This document shows, piece after piece, positions 18,399-27,187 of a stretch of 64,000 bases of DNA. The translations under genes and the position numbers were made by a program. The DNA comes from Planctomycetaceae bacterium (GTDB lineage Bacteria; Planctomycetota; Planctomycetia; Pirellulales; UBA1268): NCBI GenBank assembly GCA_947459185.1, contig CANHCU010000001.1, forward strand, positions 14,463 to 78,462, given 5' to 3'. The notes beneath the pieces were generated by a model, which was not told where the DNA came from, did no database searches, and was given only the letters and a program-made list of their open reading frames with translations. The stretch's first letter is position 1, and each line of letters opens with the position of its first letter.

Positions 18399-19094
18399 AT
18401 GCGCATCGACATCCTCACCCTGTTTCCCGAGATGTTCACGGGCTTTCTCGACGGAAGCCTGCTCGGTGAGGCGCGCCGTGCGCGGCTGATCGATGTCTGT
18501 CTGACAAACATCCGCGACTTCGCCGAAGGCGTGCATCGGCAGGTGGACGACAGGCCCTATGGCGGTGGTCCTGGCATGCTCCTCATGCCGGGACCGGTGG
18601 TGTCGTGCGTCGAGGCGGTGCAGCAGCAGGCCGATGCCCCTGGCCATCTGGTGATGCTGACGCCCGGCGGAAGGCGGCTCGATCAGGCCGGTGTCGAGGA
18701 ACTCGCCCGCAAGCAGCGCATCGTGCTCGTGTGTGGCCGCTACGAGGGCTTCGACGACCGTGTTCGCGAAACGCTCCAGCCCGATGAGATCTCCATCGGC
18801 GACTATGTGCTCTCCGGCGGCGAGGTGGCGGCGATGGTGATCGTCGACGCAGTCGCCCGCCTGCTGCCTGGCGTGCTGGGCGACGAGGAGAGTGCCCGTC
18901 AGGATTCCTTCTCCGGCGCCGACCGCCTGGTGGAAGGCCCTCAATACACCCGGCCGCGGGAGTTTCGCGGCCTGCGCGTGCCCGACGTGCTGTTGTCGGG
19001 CGACCATGGCCGGATCGCAACGTGGCGGCATGAACAGGCCGTCGATGCGACCCGTCGCCGTGTCCCAGCCAATCTTTCCCCAAACCGTTCCTGA
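18399..19094 (+). CDS. trmD: tRNA (guanine37-N1)-methyltransferase
   Basis: [14 protein letters not shown]-terminus, [11 protein letters not shown] and [11 protein letters not shown] motifs. Confidence 0.9.
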   Translation: MRIDILTLFPEMFTGFLDGSLLGEARRARLIDVCLTNIRDFAEGVHRQVDDRPYGGGPGMLLMPGPVVSCVEAVQQQADAPGHLVMLTPGGRRLDQAGVEELARKQRIVLVCGRYEGFDDRVRETLQPDEISIGDYVLSGGEVAAMVIVDAVARLLPGVLGDEESARQDSFSGADRLVEGPQYTRPREFRGLRVPDVLLSGDHGRIATWRHEQAVDATRRRVPANLSPNRS

Positions 19095-19104
19095 AGGAGC
19101 CGTC

Positions 19105-19518
19105 GTGAGTCAGCAAATCCTCGCCAAAGTTGAAGCCTCCAGCCTCAAGTCGGAGGTGCCGCAGTTCGCCATCGGCGATACCGTTGACGTGCACACCCGC
19201 ATCCTCGAAGGCGAGAAGGAACGCGTCCAGATTTTCAATGGCGTGGTCATCGCCAAGAGCGGCTCCGGGAGCCGGGAGACCTTCACCGTCCGGCGCATCG
19301 TGGCGGGCGAGGGCGTCGAGCGGAAGTTCCCTATCCACTCACCCAAGATCGCCAAGGTCGAGGTGAAGCGGTCGGGCGTGTCGCGGCGGGCCAAGCTCTA
19401 TTACCTCCGCGATCGCGTCGGCAAGTCGGTCCGACTCCGCGAGAAGCGTGACGACGTCGCCGCCGCCGAGGCAACGGCGAAGAAGGCGGCCAGCAAGAAG
19501 GCAGCGGCCAAGGCCTGA
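19105..19518 (+). CDS. rplS: 50S ribosomal protein L19
   Basis: GTG start 5 nt after AAGGAG. FAIGDTVDVHTRILEGEKERVQIFNGVVIA...RRAKLYYLRDRVGK is typical L19. Confidence 0.9.
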   Translation: MSQQILAKVEASSLKSEVPQFAIGDTVDVHTRILEGEKERVQIFNGVVIAKSGSGSRETFTVRRIVAGEGVERKFPIHSPKIAKVEVKRSGVSRRAKLYYLRDRVGKSVRLREKRDDVAAAEATAKKAASKKAAAKA

Positions 19519-19536
19519 CGAAGTTCGGCATTCTCC

Positions 19537-19932
19537 GTGTCTTGGGTGGCCATGACATCGCGTGATCCACGGCAGGCGGTCGGGCTCCGTGGCGAGGCCG
19601 AGGCGGAGCAGTTCCTCCGGGGCTTGGGCTACCGGATCGTCGGCCGGCGGGAGCGGGTGCTCCGCGGAGATATCGACCTCGTCGCCCTCGACGGCCGCAC
19701 GGTGGTATTCGTCGAGGTGCGGTCGCGGACCGACACCACCCACGGGCATCCGGCTGAAACCGTCGGCTTTCAGAAGCAGCGGCGGATCGCCGAACTGGCT
19801 ACCGCCTACATCCGCCGGCACCGGCTGGAGGACTGCCAGGTGCGGATCGACGTGGTGACTGTCACGTTCGGCGCCGAGGGGTCACGTCCGGTCGTCGAGC
19901 ATTTTCAAAATGCATTCGACAGCCCCATGTAG
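19537..19932 (+). CDS. yraN: YraN family (UPF0102) endonuclease-like protein
   Basis: GLRGEAEAEQFLRGLGYRIVGRRERVLRGDIDLVALDGRTVVFVEVRSR has the PD-(D/E)xK-like core of UPF0102. Confidence 0.8.
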   Translation: MSWVAMTSRDPRQAVGLRGEAEAEQFLRGLGYRIVGRRERVLRGDIDLVALDGRTVVFVEVRSRTDTTHGHPAETVGFQKQRRIAELATAYIRRHRLEDCQVRIDVVTVTFGAEGSRPVVEHFQNAFDSPM

Positions 19933-19941
19933 CTGGCACTT

Positions 19942-19988
19942 CATCCAAGCCCGCTCTCTATCCAAGCCCGCAGCGCAAGCAAGGGAAT
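19942..19988. repeat. intergenic repeat locus D (type1 unit in reverse orientation plus partial)
   Basis: Partial CATCCAAGCCCGC at 19942-19954 and TATCCAAGCCCGCAGCGCAAGCAAGGGAAT at 19959-19988, between the convergent yraN and AAA ATPase genes. Confidence 0.85.
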
Positions 19989-20020
19989 ACGGATGGCCTG
20001 CACAACCCGTCCCCATTTTC

Positions 20021-21352
20021 CTACGACAGATACCGTCGGCGGTTGACAGCGGCCTGCCAGCGGCCGGTCTTTGTGATGTCGAGGATCTGGGCCTGGGTGA
20101 AGTGTTCGCCGTATTCGAGCACCGCGCGGCGTACTACTTCCTTGACGTCCGCTCCGGTGGCCCCTTCCAGCGACTGCGCCACCGCGTCGTAGTCGATCGC
20201 CAGCCCGAGCGGCCCGAGATGACGCTCGAGGATGCGGGTCCGTGATGCCTCGTCGGGCATCGGCAGGGTGACGACCATGTCGAACCGCGACGACCGCTGG
20301 GCGGCGGGGTCGAGGGCTTTGGGGTCGTTCGTGGTGGCGATCGTGAGGATCGCCTCCCGTTCGAGCACGCCATCGAGCGTTGCCAGGAAGTCGGCCAAGG
20401 CACCATTGTCGCCATTGGAATCGCGGTGGCCCAGCACCAGATCGATGTCGTCGAGTACGACGAGCGTGGGACCGAACGTCTCCGACGAGCCGTAGAGTTC
20501 GGCGATCATGTGCCGCATGGCGTTGGCATCGGCGAGGATCGTCGTGTAGCGGTCGCCCAGTTCGCTGGCGATCACGCGGACGAGGTGCGTTTTGCCGACG
20601 CCGGGCGGCCCGGCCACGAGCATGCCGCGGTTGGTACCCAGGCCCAGACGCCGCATGATCTCCCGGCGGCTCGTGGCCGCGGCGAGAAACACGTCCACCT
20701 CCGCCCAGACCTCTGCCGGTAGGATCAGGCTGTCACGCGGGTTGGCCAGCGCCGGCGTGATGCCGAGCTTGAGGCAGCCCTCGACGACCGTGGCCTCGAG
20801 CACCCGCCCCCGGAGCGGATTCTCCGCGGTCTTGAGCCGATCGCAGAACCGCTTGAGCACCAGTTCCGCGGCCGGCTTGCCGGCGGAACTCGAGAGGATG
20901 GCAAATTCCCGGCTCCAATGCCGGTCGTCCACGAGTACGCAGAGAGGCTCGGAGTCGAGCGTGCCCGCGGGGAAGAAGGCGATGAGACGCCCCGGCACCG
21001 AGACCTTTTCGTCGATCCCAAGGTCGAGCTGCGACCAGGTGGGCGGCAGGCCGTCGCCGGGAGAGCCGATGATGACACCGCCCGAGTGGCGTTCCATTTC
21101 GATCCGCAGCAGGTTGCCCAGGATCGCCAGCGACGTGCTGGGACCGGAATACTTGGTGCTCGCGAGAAGCGTGGCATCGACGCCCAGATGGACAATCGCA
21201 AACGAGGTCGGCGACAGGGCCGACGCCGGCTGCTGTCCCAGGATTTCTCCCAGCACGCCGATCGTTGCCCGTGTCTCGGCACTGGCGTTGGCCAGGATGG
21301 CGTCGAGCGTGCGGCCGTCAGCGGCGGTGCGGTGGGACTCGTGTATCATCAT
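20021..21352 (-). CDS. AAA+ family ATPase with uncharacterised ~220-aa N-terminal domain
   Basis: Walker [11 protein letters not shown], Walker B LVVLDDID, second region of homology [20 protein letters not shown]. Confidence 0.8.
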   Translation of the reverse strand: MMIHESHRTAADGRTLDAILANASAETRATIGVLGEILGQQPASALSPTSFAIVHLGVDATLLASTKYSGPSTSLAILGNLLRIEMERHSGGVIIGSPGDGLPPTWSQLDLGIDEKVSVPGRLIAFFPAGTLDSEPLCVLVDDRHWSREFAILSSSAGKPAAELVLKRFCDRLKTAENPLRGRVLEATVVEGCLKLGITPALANPRDSLILPAEVWAEVDVFLAAATSRREIMRRLGLGTNRGMLVAGPPGVGKTHLVRVIASELGDRYTTILADANAMRHMIAELYGSSETFGPTLVVLDDIDLVLGHRDSNGDNGALADFLATLDGVLEREAILTIATTNDPKALDPAAQRSSRFDMVVTLPMPDEASRTRILERHLGPLGLAIDYDAVAQSLEGATGADVKEVVRRAVLEYGEHFTQAQILDITKTGRWQAAVNRRRYLS

Positions 21353-21444
21353 GCGTGCCTTTTGTGGTGTGGCCGGCTGAATCGAGGACGCCGGCGGTTG
21401 CAGAGGTGTTCGGGATCTGCGTGATCGTGGGGAGCCTGCCGACG

Positions 21445-21774
21445 ATGTCTTGGTTGTACCTGATGATCGCGATCGTGGCCGAAGTGGTTGGCACGAGCTT
21501 TTTGCGGGCCTCGCAGGGGTTCACCAAACCGCTGCCCAGCGTCATGGTGGTGCTCGGCTACGGACTGGCGTTCTTCTTTCTGTCGCTGACGCTCAAGGAC
21601 ATTCCGGTGGGGATCGCCTATGCGGTCTGGAGCGGCGCGGGGGTGACGCTGATCGCCGCAATCGGCTGGCTCTTTCTGGGGCAGAAGCTTGACGCCGCGG
21701 CGATCCTCGGCATGTCGCTGATCATCGCCGGCGTCGTCGTGCTCAACCTGTTTTCGAAGGCTGGCGGTCACTGA
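21445..21774 (+). CDS. small multidrug resistance (SMR/EmrE-type) transporter
   Basis: 109 aa with four TM segments. [23 protein letters not shown] carries the conserved membrane-embedded Glu. [10 protein letters not shown] motif is present. Confidence 0.85.
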   Translation: MSWLYLMIAIVAEVVGTSFLRASQGFTKPLPSVMVVLGYGLAFFFLSLTLKDIPVGIAYAVWSGAGVTLIAAIGWLFLGQKLDAAAILGMSLIIAGVVVLNLFSKAGGH

Positions 21775-21808
21775 GACGGCTCGCGCATGATCCGCGATAT
21801 CGTCCCGC

Positions 21809-22010
21809 ATTCCCTTGCTTGCGCTGCGGGCTTGGATGGAGAGCGGGTTCCCATGCAAGCCCGAAGCGCAAGCGAGAGGAATCCGCATGGCATTCCCGTG
21901 AGGCAATCCGCATTCCCTTGCTTGCGCTGCGGGCTTGGATGGAGAGCGGGCTTGGATGAGGACGGGGCTTGGGTGGAGAGCGGGCTTGGATGAGGACGGG
22001 GCTTGGATGG
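21809..22010. repeat. intergenic palindromic repeat locus E (type1 +, type2 inverted, type1 +, then 34-bp x2 tail)
   Basis: Units at 21809-21839, 21851-21882 and 21912-21942. A tandem GGAGAGCGGGCTTGGATGAGGACGGGGCTTGG(G/A)T follows at 21941-21974 and 21975-22008. The locus lies between the convergent SMR and TauE genes. Confidence 0.9.
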
Positions 22011-22026
22011 AGCGCGGGCCGTTCGA

Positions 22027-22794
22027 TCACAATCCCAGCGGCCGGCCGAGCAGCTTCATGCTCGCAAACGCGAGCACGGCCGCCATCAGCAGCCGCAGGA
22101 TTCGCGCCGGCAGGCGGAACGCACCGAAGTGCGAACCGATCACGCCGCCGACTGCCGCGGCCGCGATCACGGGCAGGCCGGCGGCCGGAAACGGGCGACC
22201 GGCGAGCAGGCCGCCACTCAGGCCCGCGAGCGAATTGACGAGAATGAAGGGCGCCGTCACGGCGGCGATGGTCTTCACCGGCGCCGCACCAACCGCCAGC
22301 AGCGCCGGCGTCAGAAACACGCCACCACCCACCCCCGTGAGCCCCGACAAGAGTCCGACGCCGCCGCCGAGTGCTCCCAGCACCGCGGGCGTGAGCCAGG
22401 GCCTCGCCGGCATGGTTGGCGAAATCGTATCGTGGTCGGAAGCCGGCCGCCGGGCATCGAGCAGCATCCGCACCGCCGACACGAGCAACACGCCGCCGAG
22501 CACCGCCTCGAACGCGACTGTGGGCAGCGTGAGCGTGCCGCCGATAAACGCGCAAGGCACGCTCGCCAGGGCCAGCGGCCAGAAGAGCCGGGGACTGAAG
22601 TGACCGGCGCGGATGAATTGGACGCTCGCGATCGTCGCCACGATCACGTTGAGCGACAGTGCCGTCGGCCGAATCACCGCGGCTGGCATGCCCAGGAGCG
22701 TCATCACTGCGATGTAACCCGTCGCCCCGGCATGCCCTACCGAGGCATAGAGCAGGGCAACGAGTCCGATCGCCAAGGGCAGGATCGCGTGCAT
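22027..22794 (-). CDS. TauE/SafE family sulfite/anion exporter
   Basis: 255 aa, polytopic. LLYASVGHAGATGYIAVMTLLG and the internally duplicated 4-TM architecture are typical of TauE/SafE. Confidence 0.8.
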   Translation of the reverse strand: MHAILPLAIGLVALLYASVGHAGATGYIAVMTLLGMPAAVIRPTALSLNVIVATIASVQFIRAGHFSPRLFWPLALASVPCAFIGGTLTLPTVAFEAVLGGVLLVSAVRMLLDARRPASDHDTISPTMPARPWLTPAVLGALGGGVGLLSGLTGVGGGVFLTPALLAVGAAPVKTIAAVTAPFILVNSLAGLSGGLLAGRPFPAAGLPVIAAAAVGGVIGSHFGAFRLPARILRLLMAAVLAFASMKLLGRPLGL

Positions 22795-22806
22795 GCGGCT
22801 GCGTGC

Positions 22807-23217
22807 TCAGACGGACGTCACGGCGTGCTTCTTGAGCAGTTCGAAGGGCACGACCTCGAGCGACTTCTCATGCGTCGCCTCGAGCACCACCGGCGGCGCC
22901 CGACCCTCCCGCGCCGCCTCCAGCCAGCGGGAGGCGCAGAGGCACCAGCGATCCCCCTCGACGAGTCCGGGAAAGCCCCATTCAGGTCGAGGCGTGACCA
23001 GGTCGTTCCCCGCGGCGACGGTGAACTTCAGGAAGTCCTTGGTCATCAGGGCACAGACCGTGTGTTGGCCCACGTCGTCTGGCCCGGTGCGGCAGCAGCC
23101 GTCCCGAAAGAACCCGGTGAGCGGCTCGCGGGAACACGGGGCCAGCGGCAGCCCGAGCACGTTGCGGTCGGGTTTCTTGCCGGGGTGGGCATCGGCAGGA
23201 CGGTCGAAGGCGATCAT
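22807..23217 (-). CDS. DUF2237 family protein
   Basis: PLTGFFRDGCCRTGPDDVGQHTVCALMT...GDRWCLCASRWLEA is the conserved DUF2237 core. ATG 23217 is chosen. The stop lies 12 nt before the TauE start. Confidence 0.75.
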   Translation of the reverse strand: MIAFDRPADAHPGKKPDRNVLGLPLAPCSREPLTGFFRDGCCRTGPDDVGQHTVCALMTKDFLKFTVAAGNDLVTPRPEWGFPGLVEGDRWCLCASRWLEAAREGRAPPVVLEATHEKSLEVVPFELLKKHAVTSV

Positions 23218-23314
23218 GCGGCTGGTTCCGGCGTGATGGGAAAGGGAGCGGGGGCCTGAAGTGGCACAGCCAGTATGATGCCCTCTTTCACTCCGCCCCG
23301 CCATCCACGCTGCC

Positions 23315-23890
23315 ATGCTCAGCCTGCAATCCGCCTCCGACGCCCGCTGGCTCGCCCAGGTCGACGCTCACCTCGACGACATCCTCATCGACCACGCCCA
23401 CTGCGAAAAGAAGGCGGCAGGCGTGGCGATGAACCTGCTTTTTTCGTATGTCGATCATGTCCGACTGGCCCGTGCGATGACGGAGATCGTCAACGAGGAG
23501 CTGGCGCATTTTCAGCTCGTGCTCGATCTGCTCGAACGACGGGGCATCCCCTTCCGAAAGCTGTCGCCGTCGAGCTACGGCCAACGGCTCCACGCAATCG
23601 TCCGCAAGGAGGAGCCGGCCAGAGCGGTCGACCGGCTGCTGGTGGCCGGACTGATCGAGGCCCGCAGTTGCGAGCGGTTTGCGGTCTTGCGCGACTATGT
23701 GGCCGATGCAGAGCTGCGGGAATTCTATGGCAGCCTGTTTGAATCGGAGGCCCGCCACCACGCCACGTATGTCCGCCTGGCCTGTGACGTGGCCCCGGAG
23801 GAAACCGTCCGCGAACGGCTTCATTGGCTCGCGGCCGAGGAAGCCGCGATCATTGCCCAGGGCGATCCGGTCGCCCGCATGCATAGCTGA
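23315..23890 (+). CDS. miaE: tRNA-(ms2io6A37)-hydroxylase
   Basis: LIDHAHCEKKAAGVAMNLL and ARSCERFAVL...ESEARHH are the di-iron ExxH motifs of MiaE. 191 aa. Confidence 0.8.
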   Translation: MLSLQSASDARWLAQVDAHLDDILIDHAHCEKKAAGVAMNLLFSYVDHVRLARAMTEIVNEELAHFQLVLDLLERRGIPFRKLSPSSYGQRLHAIVRKEEPARAVDRLLVAGLIEARSCERFAVLRDYVADAELREFYGSLFESEARHHATYVRLACDVAPEETVRERLHWLAAEEAAIIAQGDPVARMHS

Positions 23891-23945
23891 CCTGAAACAG
23901 TGACATTCTCGAGGAGTATGCGACGCAGCATGTGTTCGCCCCAAA

Positions 23946-24140
23946 ATTTCCCTTTCTTGCGCTGCGGGCTTGGATGAAGAACGATCCCATACAAGCCCGA
24001 AGCGCAAGCGAGAGGAATCCGCGTCGCATTTCTGCAAGGCCACGTTTATCCCCTTTCTTGCGCTGCGGGCTTGGATGAAGAAGGCGGGCATGGATGAGGA
24101 GGGGGCATGGATGCCCGTCTGGTTCCCCATGCAAGCCCTG
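23946..24140. repeat. intergenic palindromic repeat locus F (type1 +, type2 inverted, type1 +, degenerate tail)
   Basis: Units at 23946-23977, 23987-24018 and 24048-24078, GGGCATGGATG iterations at about 24086-24112, and a partial type2 unit at 24125-24140. The locus lies between miaE and the P-type ATPase. Confidence 0.9.
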
Positions 24141-24177
24141 TCCACTGTTCAGTCCGTCCACTCACAGCACCCAACCC

Positions 24178-26151
24178 ATGAGCACACCCACGACGTCCCA
24201 GCATTCGGTCGCTCAGGCAGCCCGTCCGCTGCCGATCAATGAATTGATCGCGGTCGGGGCACTGCTGTCCCTGGCTGCCTGGGCCCTCATTACCTGGTCG
24301 GGCCGAGGCGGAGAGCCGCTGCCGCTCGGGCCTCTCGATCCTGCCCGTTGGTTTCCCGGCCGCGGGCTCACGCTGGCCGACCTGCCACTGGTGGTGATGC
24401 TCGTGGCGGGGGGTGTGCCATTGGTCTGGGATCTGCTGCGCAAGCTCTGTGCCGGCACGTTTGGATCCGACCTGTTGGCCGGCCTGTCGATCATCACGAG
24501 CATTCTCCTGGGTGAATACCTCGCCGGTGTGCTCGTCGTGCTGATGCTCTCGGGGGGCGAGGCGCTCGAATCGCGTGCCATCAGCCGGGCCGGCGACGTG
24601 CTCAATGCCCTGGCCCGGCGGATGCCGACGCTCGCCCATCGCAAGACCGCCGCCGGCCTGACCGACATCGTGCTCTCCGAGGTGGCCGTTGGCGACCTGA
24701 TCGTCGTGTTGCCACACGAGATCTGCCCGGTGGACGGCACGGTGGTGTCGGGCCGCGGGTCGATGGACGAGAGCTACCTCACCGGCGAGCCCTACCGGAT
24801 GGCGAAGGCCCCTGGGTCGGCCGTGCTCTCCGGCGCGATCAACGGGCAGGCCGCGCTCGAAGTCCGCACCGACCGCGTCGCCGGCGATAGCCGCTACGCC
24901 AAGATCATGGACGTGCTCCGCTCGAGTGAGGAGAAGCGGCCGCAGCTGCGGCGGATGGCCGACAGGCTCGGCGCCTTCTACACGCCGCTGGCCGTGGCGA
25001 TCGCTGCGGCGGCCTGGTGGTTCAGCGGCAGTGCCACGCGGTTTCTTGCCGTGCTCGTCGTTGCCACCCCCTGCCCGCTCCTGATCGCGATCCCGGTGGC
25101 GATCATCGGCGCCGTGTCGCTGGCCGCCAAGCGCGGCATCGTGATCCGCGATCCCGCCATCCTCGAAAGGCTCGACACCTGCCGAATCGCGATCTTCGAC
25201 AAGACGGGCACGCTTACCTACGGTGAGCCCATCCTCACCGATGTCGTGCTCCTCGGCGGGCTGTCACGGGCGGATGTGCTGTCGCTGGCCGCCAGCCTCG
25301 AAACCTATTCGAAGCACCCGCTCTCCACCGCCGTGGTGCAGGCAGCCGAGAAGGAATCGCTCCGTGTGCTCGAGGTCGATGCCTTGGCCGAGAAGCCCGG
25401 CCAGGGGCTTGTCGGCAGCGTGAAGCAATTGAACGGCGCGAGCACCGTCCACGAGGTGGTGATCACCAGCCGTCAGAAACTCCCCAACGTCGATGCCGCC
25501 GGGGTCGCGAAACTGCCGCCCGTGGCCGGCGGCCTCGAATGCGTGGTGGTGGTGGATGGCACAACTGAGGCCCTGCTCCGTTTCCGCGACTCGCCGCGGG
25601 CCGACGGCCGGCCATTCGTCAGCCACTTGAAACCTGCCCACGGGCTCTCCCGCGTGATGCTCGTCTCCGGAGACCGCGAGAGCGAAGTGCGGTGGCTCGC
25701 CGATCTGGTCGGCATCACCGAGGTGCATGCCGGCATCCAGCCTGAGGGCAAGCTGAAGATCGTGGAGGAGGCAACGGCCGAGGCGCCGACCCTATTCGTC
25801 GGCGATGGCATCAATGACGCGCCGGCGCTCGCGGCGGCGACCGTTGGCATCGCAATGGGGGCAGCCAGCGACGTGACGAGCGAGGCGGCCGGGGCCGTCG
25901 TGATGGACACGGCCCTCGAACGCATCGACGAACTGCTCCACATCGGCCGCCGGCTGCGGTCGATCGCACTCCAGAGTGCCGTCGGGGGCATGGCGGCCAG
26001 TTTGATCGGTATGGGCTTCGCCGCGGCGGGCTTCCTGTCGCCCGCGATGGGGGCGCTGCTCCAGGAGGCGATCGACGTGGTGGCGGTACTCAACGCCCTT
26101 CGCGTCTCATGGACTCCCGGCCCGCTTACCGACTACCGCGAACGCGGCTGA
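24178..26151 (+). CDS. heavy-metal (P1B-type) P-type ATPase without N-terminal metal-binding domain
   Basis: DKTGTLT phosphorylation site, [12 protein letters not shown] hinge and a TM6 motif ATPCPL. ATG 24178 is chosen because the upstream extension runs into the repeat locus. Confidence 0.85.
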   Translation: MSTPTTSQHSVAQAARPLPINELIAVGALLSLAAWALITWSGRGGEPLPLGPLDPARWFPGRGLTLADLPLVVMLVAGGVPLVWDLLRKLCAGTFGSDLLAGLSIITSILLGEYLAGVLVVLMLSGGEALESRAISRAGDVLNALARRMPTLAHRKTAAGLTDIVLSEVAVGDLIVVLPHEICPVDGTVVSGRGSMDESYLTGEPYRMAKAPGSAVLSGAINGQAALEVRTDRVAGDSRYAKIMDVLRSSEEKRPQLRRMADRLGAFYTPLAVAIAAAAWWFSGSATRFLAVLVVATPCPLLIAIPVAIIGAVSLAAKRGIVIRDPAILERLDTCRIAIFDKTGTLTYGEPILTDVVLLGGLSRADVLSLAASLETYSKHPLSTAVVQAAEKESLRVLEVDALAEKPGQGLVGSVKQLNGASTVHEVVITSRQKLPNVDAAGVAKLPPVAGGLECVVVVDGTTEALLRFRDSPRADGRPFVSHLKPAHGLSRVMLVSGDRESEVRWLADLVGITEVHAGIQPEGKLKIVEEATAEAPTLFVGDGINDAPALAAATVGIAMGAASDVTSEAAGAVVMDTALERIDELLHIGRRLRSIALQSAVGGMAASLIGMGFAAAGFLSPAMGALLQEAIDVVAVLNALRVSWTPGPLTDYRERG

Positions 26152-26900
26152 CGCTGAACGGCAGCTGTCGCCATCTTCGTGGCCAGCCCTCCGCCCGCCC
26201 AGACCGCGGCTCCCGCAAGCGCCCCGGCGATCACGCCGCCCGGCCCCGCGGGAAGACCGGCGAGGCCGCATGCCGCGGCGGAGGTGGCGAGCCCGGCTGC
26301 CTCCCCGGCCCGGCGGCTGTCGGCGGCAGACCGTCCGGCCTGGTGGGCCGTCCACTCAGCGGCCAGCGCCGCGGCTTCGCCGGCGATGGCCGCCGGCACG
26401 AGCGTCCGCAGTCCAAGCCGCACCGTGGTGCCAAGTGCTGTTCGCACAGCGATGCGTTCGACGGCACCGACCGCAGAGGCCGAAACGACCCGCCGGGCAG
26501 ACACCGCCGCGAGCACCCGTGCCGCCGCACCGCCGATCCTCGCCATCACGATGTCGACCTGCCGGCTCGCTCGCTCACCAGTCGCACACCAGGTCGCGAA
26601 GTGCTCGCAGTTGTCAACCACCGGGCAGTAGCCCTCTCTCCCGACATGATCGAGCGCCCGTGCGACGACGTCGTCCGGCGGATACGCAGCCGGCGGTTCC
26701 GTCGTCACAAGCACCGTGCCGCCGCCGGCAAACTCCGCCAGACTCGTCTGCTCCACACGGCCGCCCGCCAGCGGGCTGCGGAAGTCGTCGGGCCGCGCAT
26801 GCACGACCGTGCCGTCACCGACGTCGATACCGTGGTGCATGTACACCACGGTCGAGCCGGCCAGTCGTCGTTCCACCCGCAGTCGATCGCCACGCGCCAT
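26133..26900 (-). CDS. LRAT/NlpC-P60 superfamily (H-REV107-like) domain protein with Gly/Ala-rich C-terminal region
   Basis: [18 protein letters not shown] plus [10 protein letters not shown] is the His...NCEHF catalytic signature of the LRAT family. The C-terminal half is Ala/Gly-rich with glycine-zipper-like hydrophobic stretches. Confidence 0.6.
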   Translation of the reverse strand: MARGDRLRVERRLAGSTVVYMHHGIDVGDGTVVHARPDDFRSPLAGGRVEQTSLAEFAGGGTVLVTTEPPAAYPPDDVVARALDHVGREGYCPVVDNCEHFATWCATGERASRQVDIVMARIGGAAARVLAAVSARRVVSASAVGAVERIAVRTALGTTVRLGLRTLVPAAIAGEAAALAAEWTAHQAGRSAADSRRAGEAAGLATSAAACGLAGLPAGPGGVIAGALAGAAVWAGGGLATKMATAAVQRQPRSR

Positions 26901-27187
26901 CCGTCAGTGCTCCGTACCGTGCTTCCTCCGGGGGTCCGTCTCAAGACTCCCGTTGACTGCCTGTCAGCGGCCGTCATCCACCTCAGACTCTACGCACCGC
27001 CATCGGCCTCGGTTCGCCTTCGCTGGTTCGTCTGCTCAACCGCAAATGCCATGCGGGTCACACCAAACCCTCACAGTATGAGATTTTTATGCGGTTTTCT
27101 CCGCCGCTTGTGTCGGCATCAGGACCCCCGTAGTTTTAGGGGCCACGCTTGGATCGACCCTTCTGTCACGCAGAAAGCAACTTTCCC

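Noticed and set aside
17805-19031. 408-aa ORF on the minus strand
   Set aside because: It is antisense to rpsP and trmD, which are securely identified.
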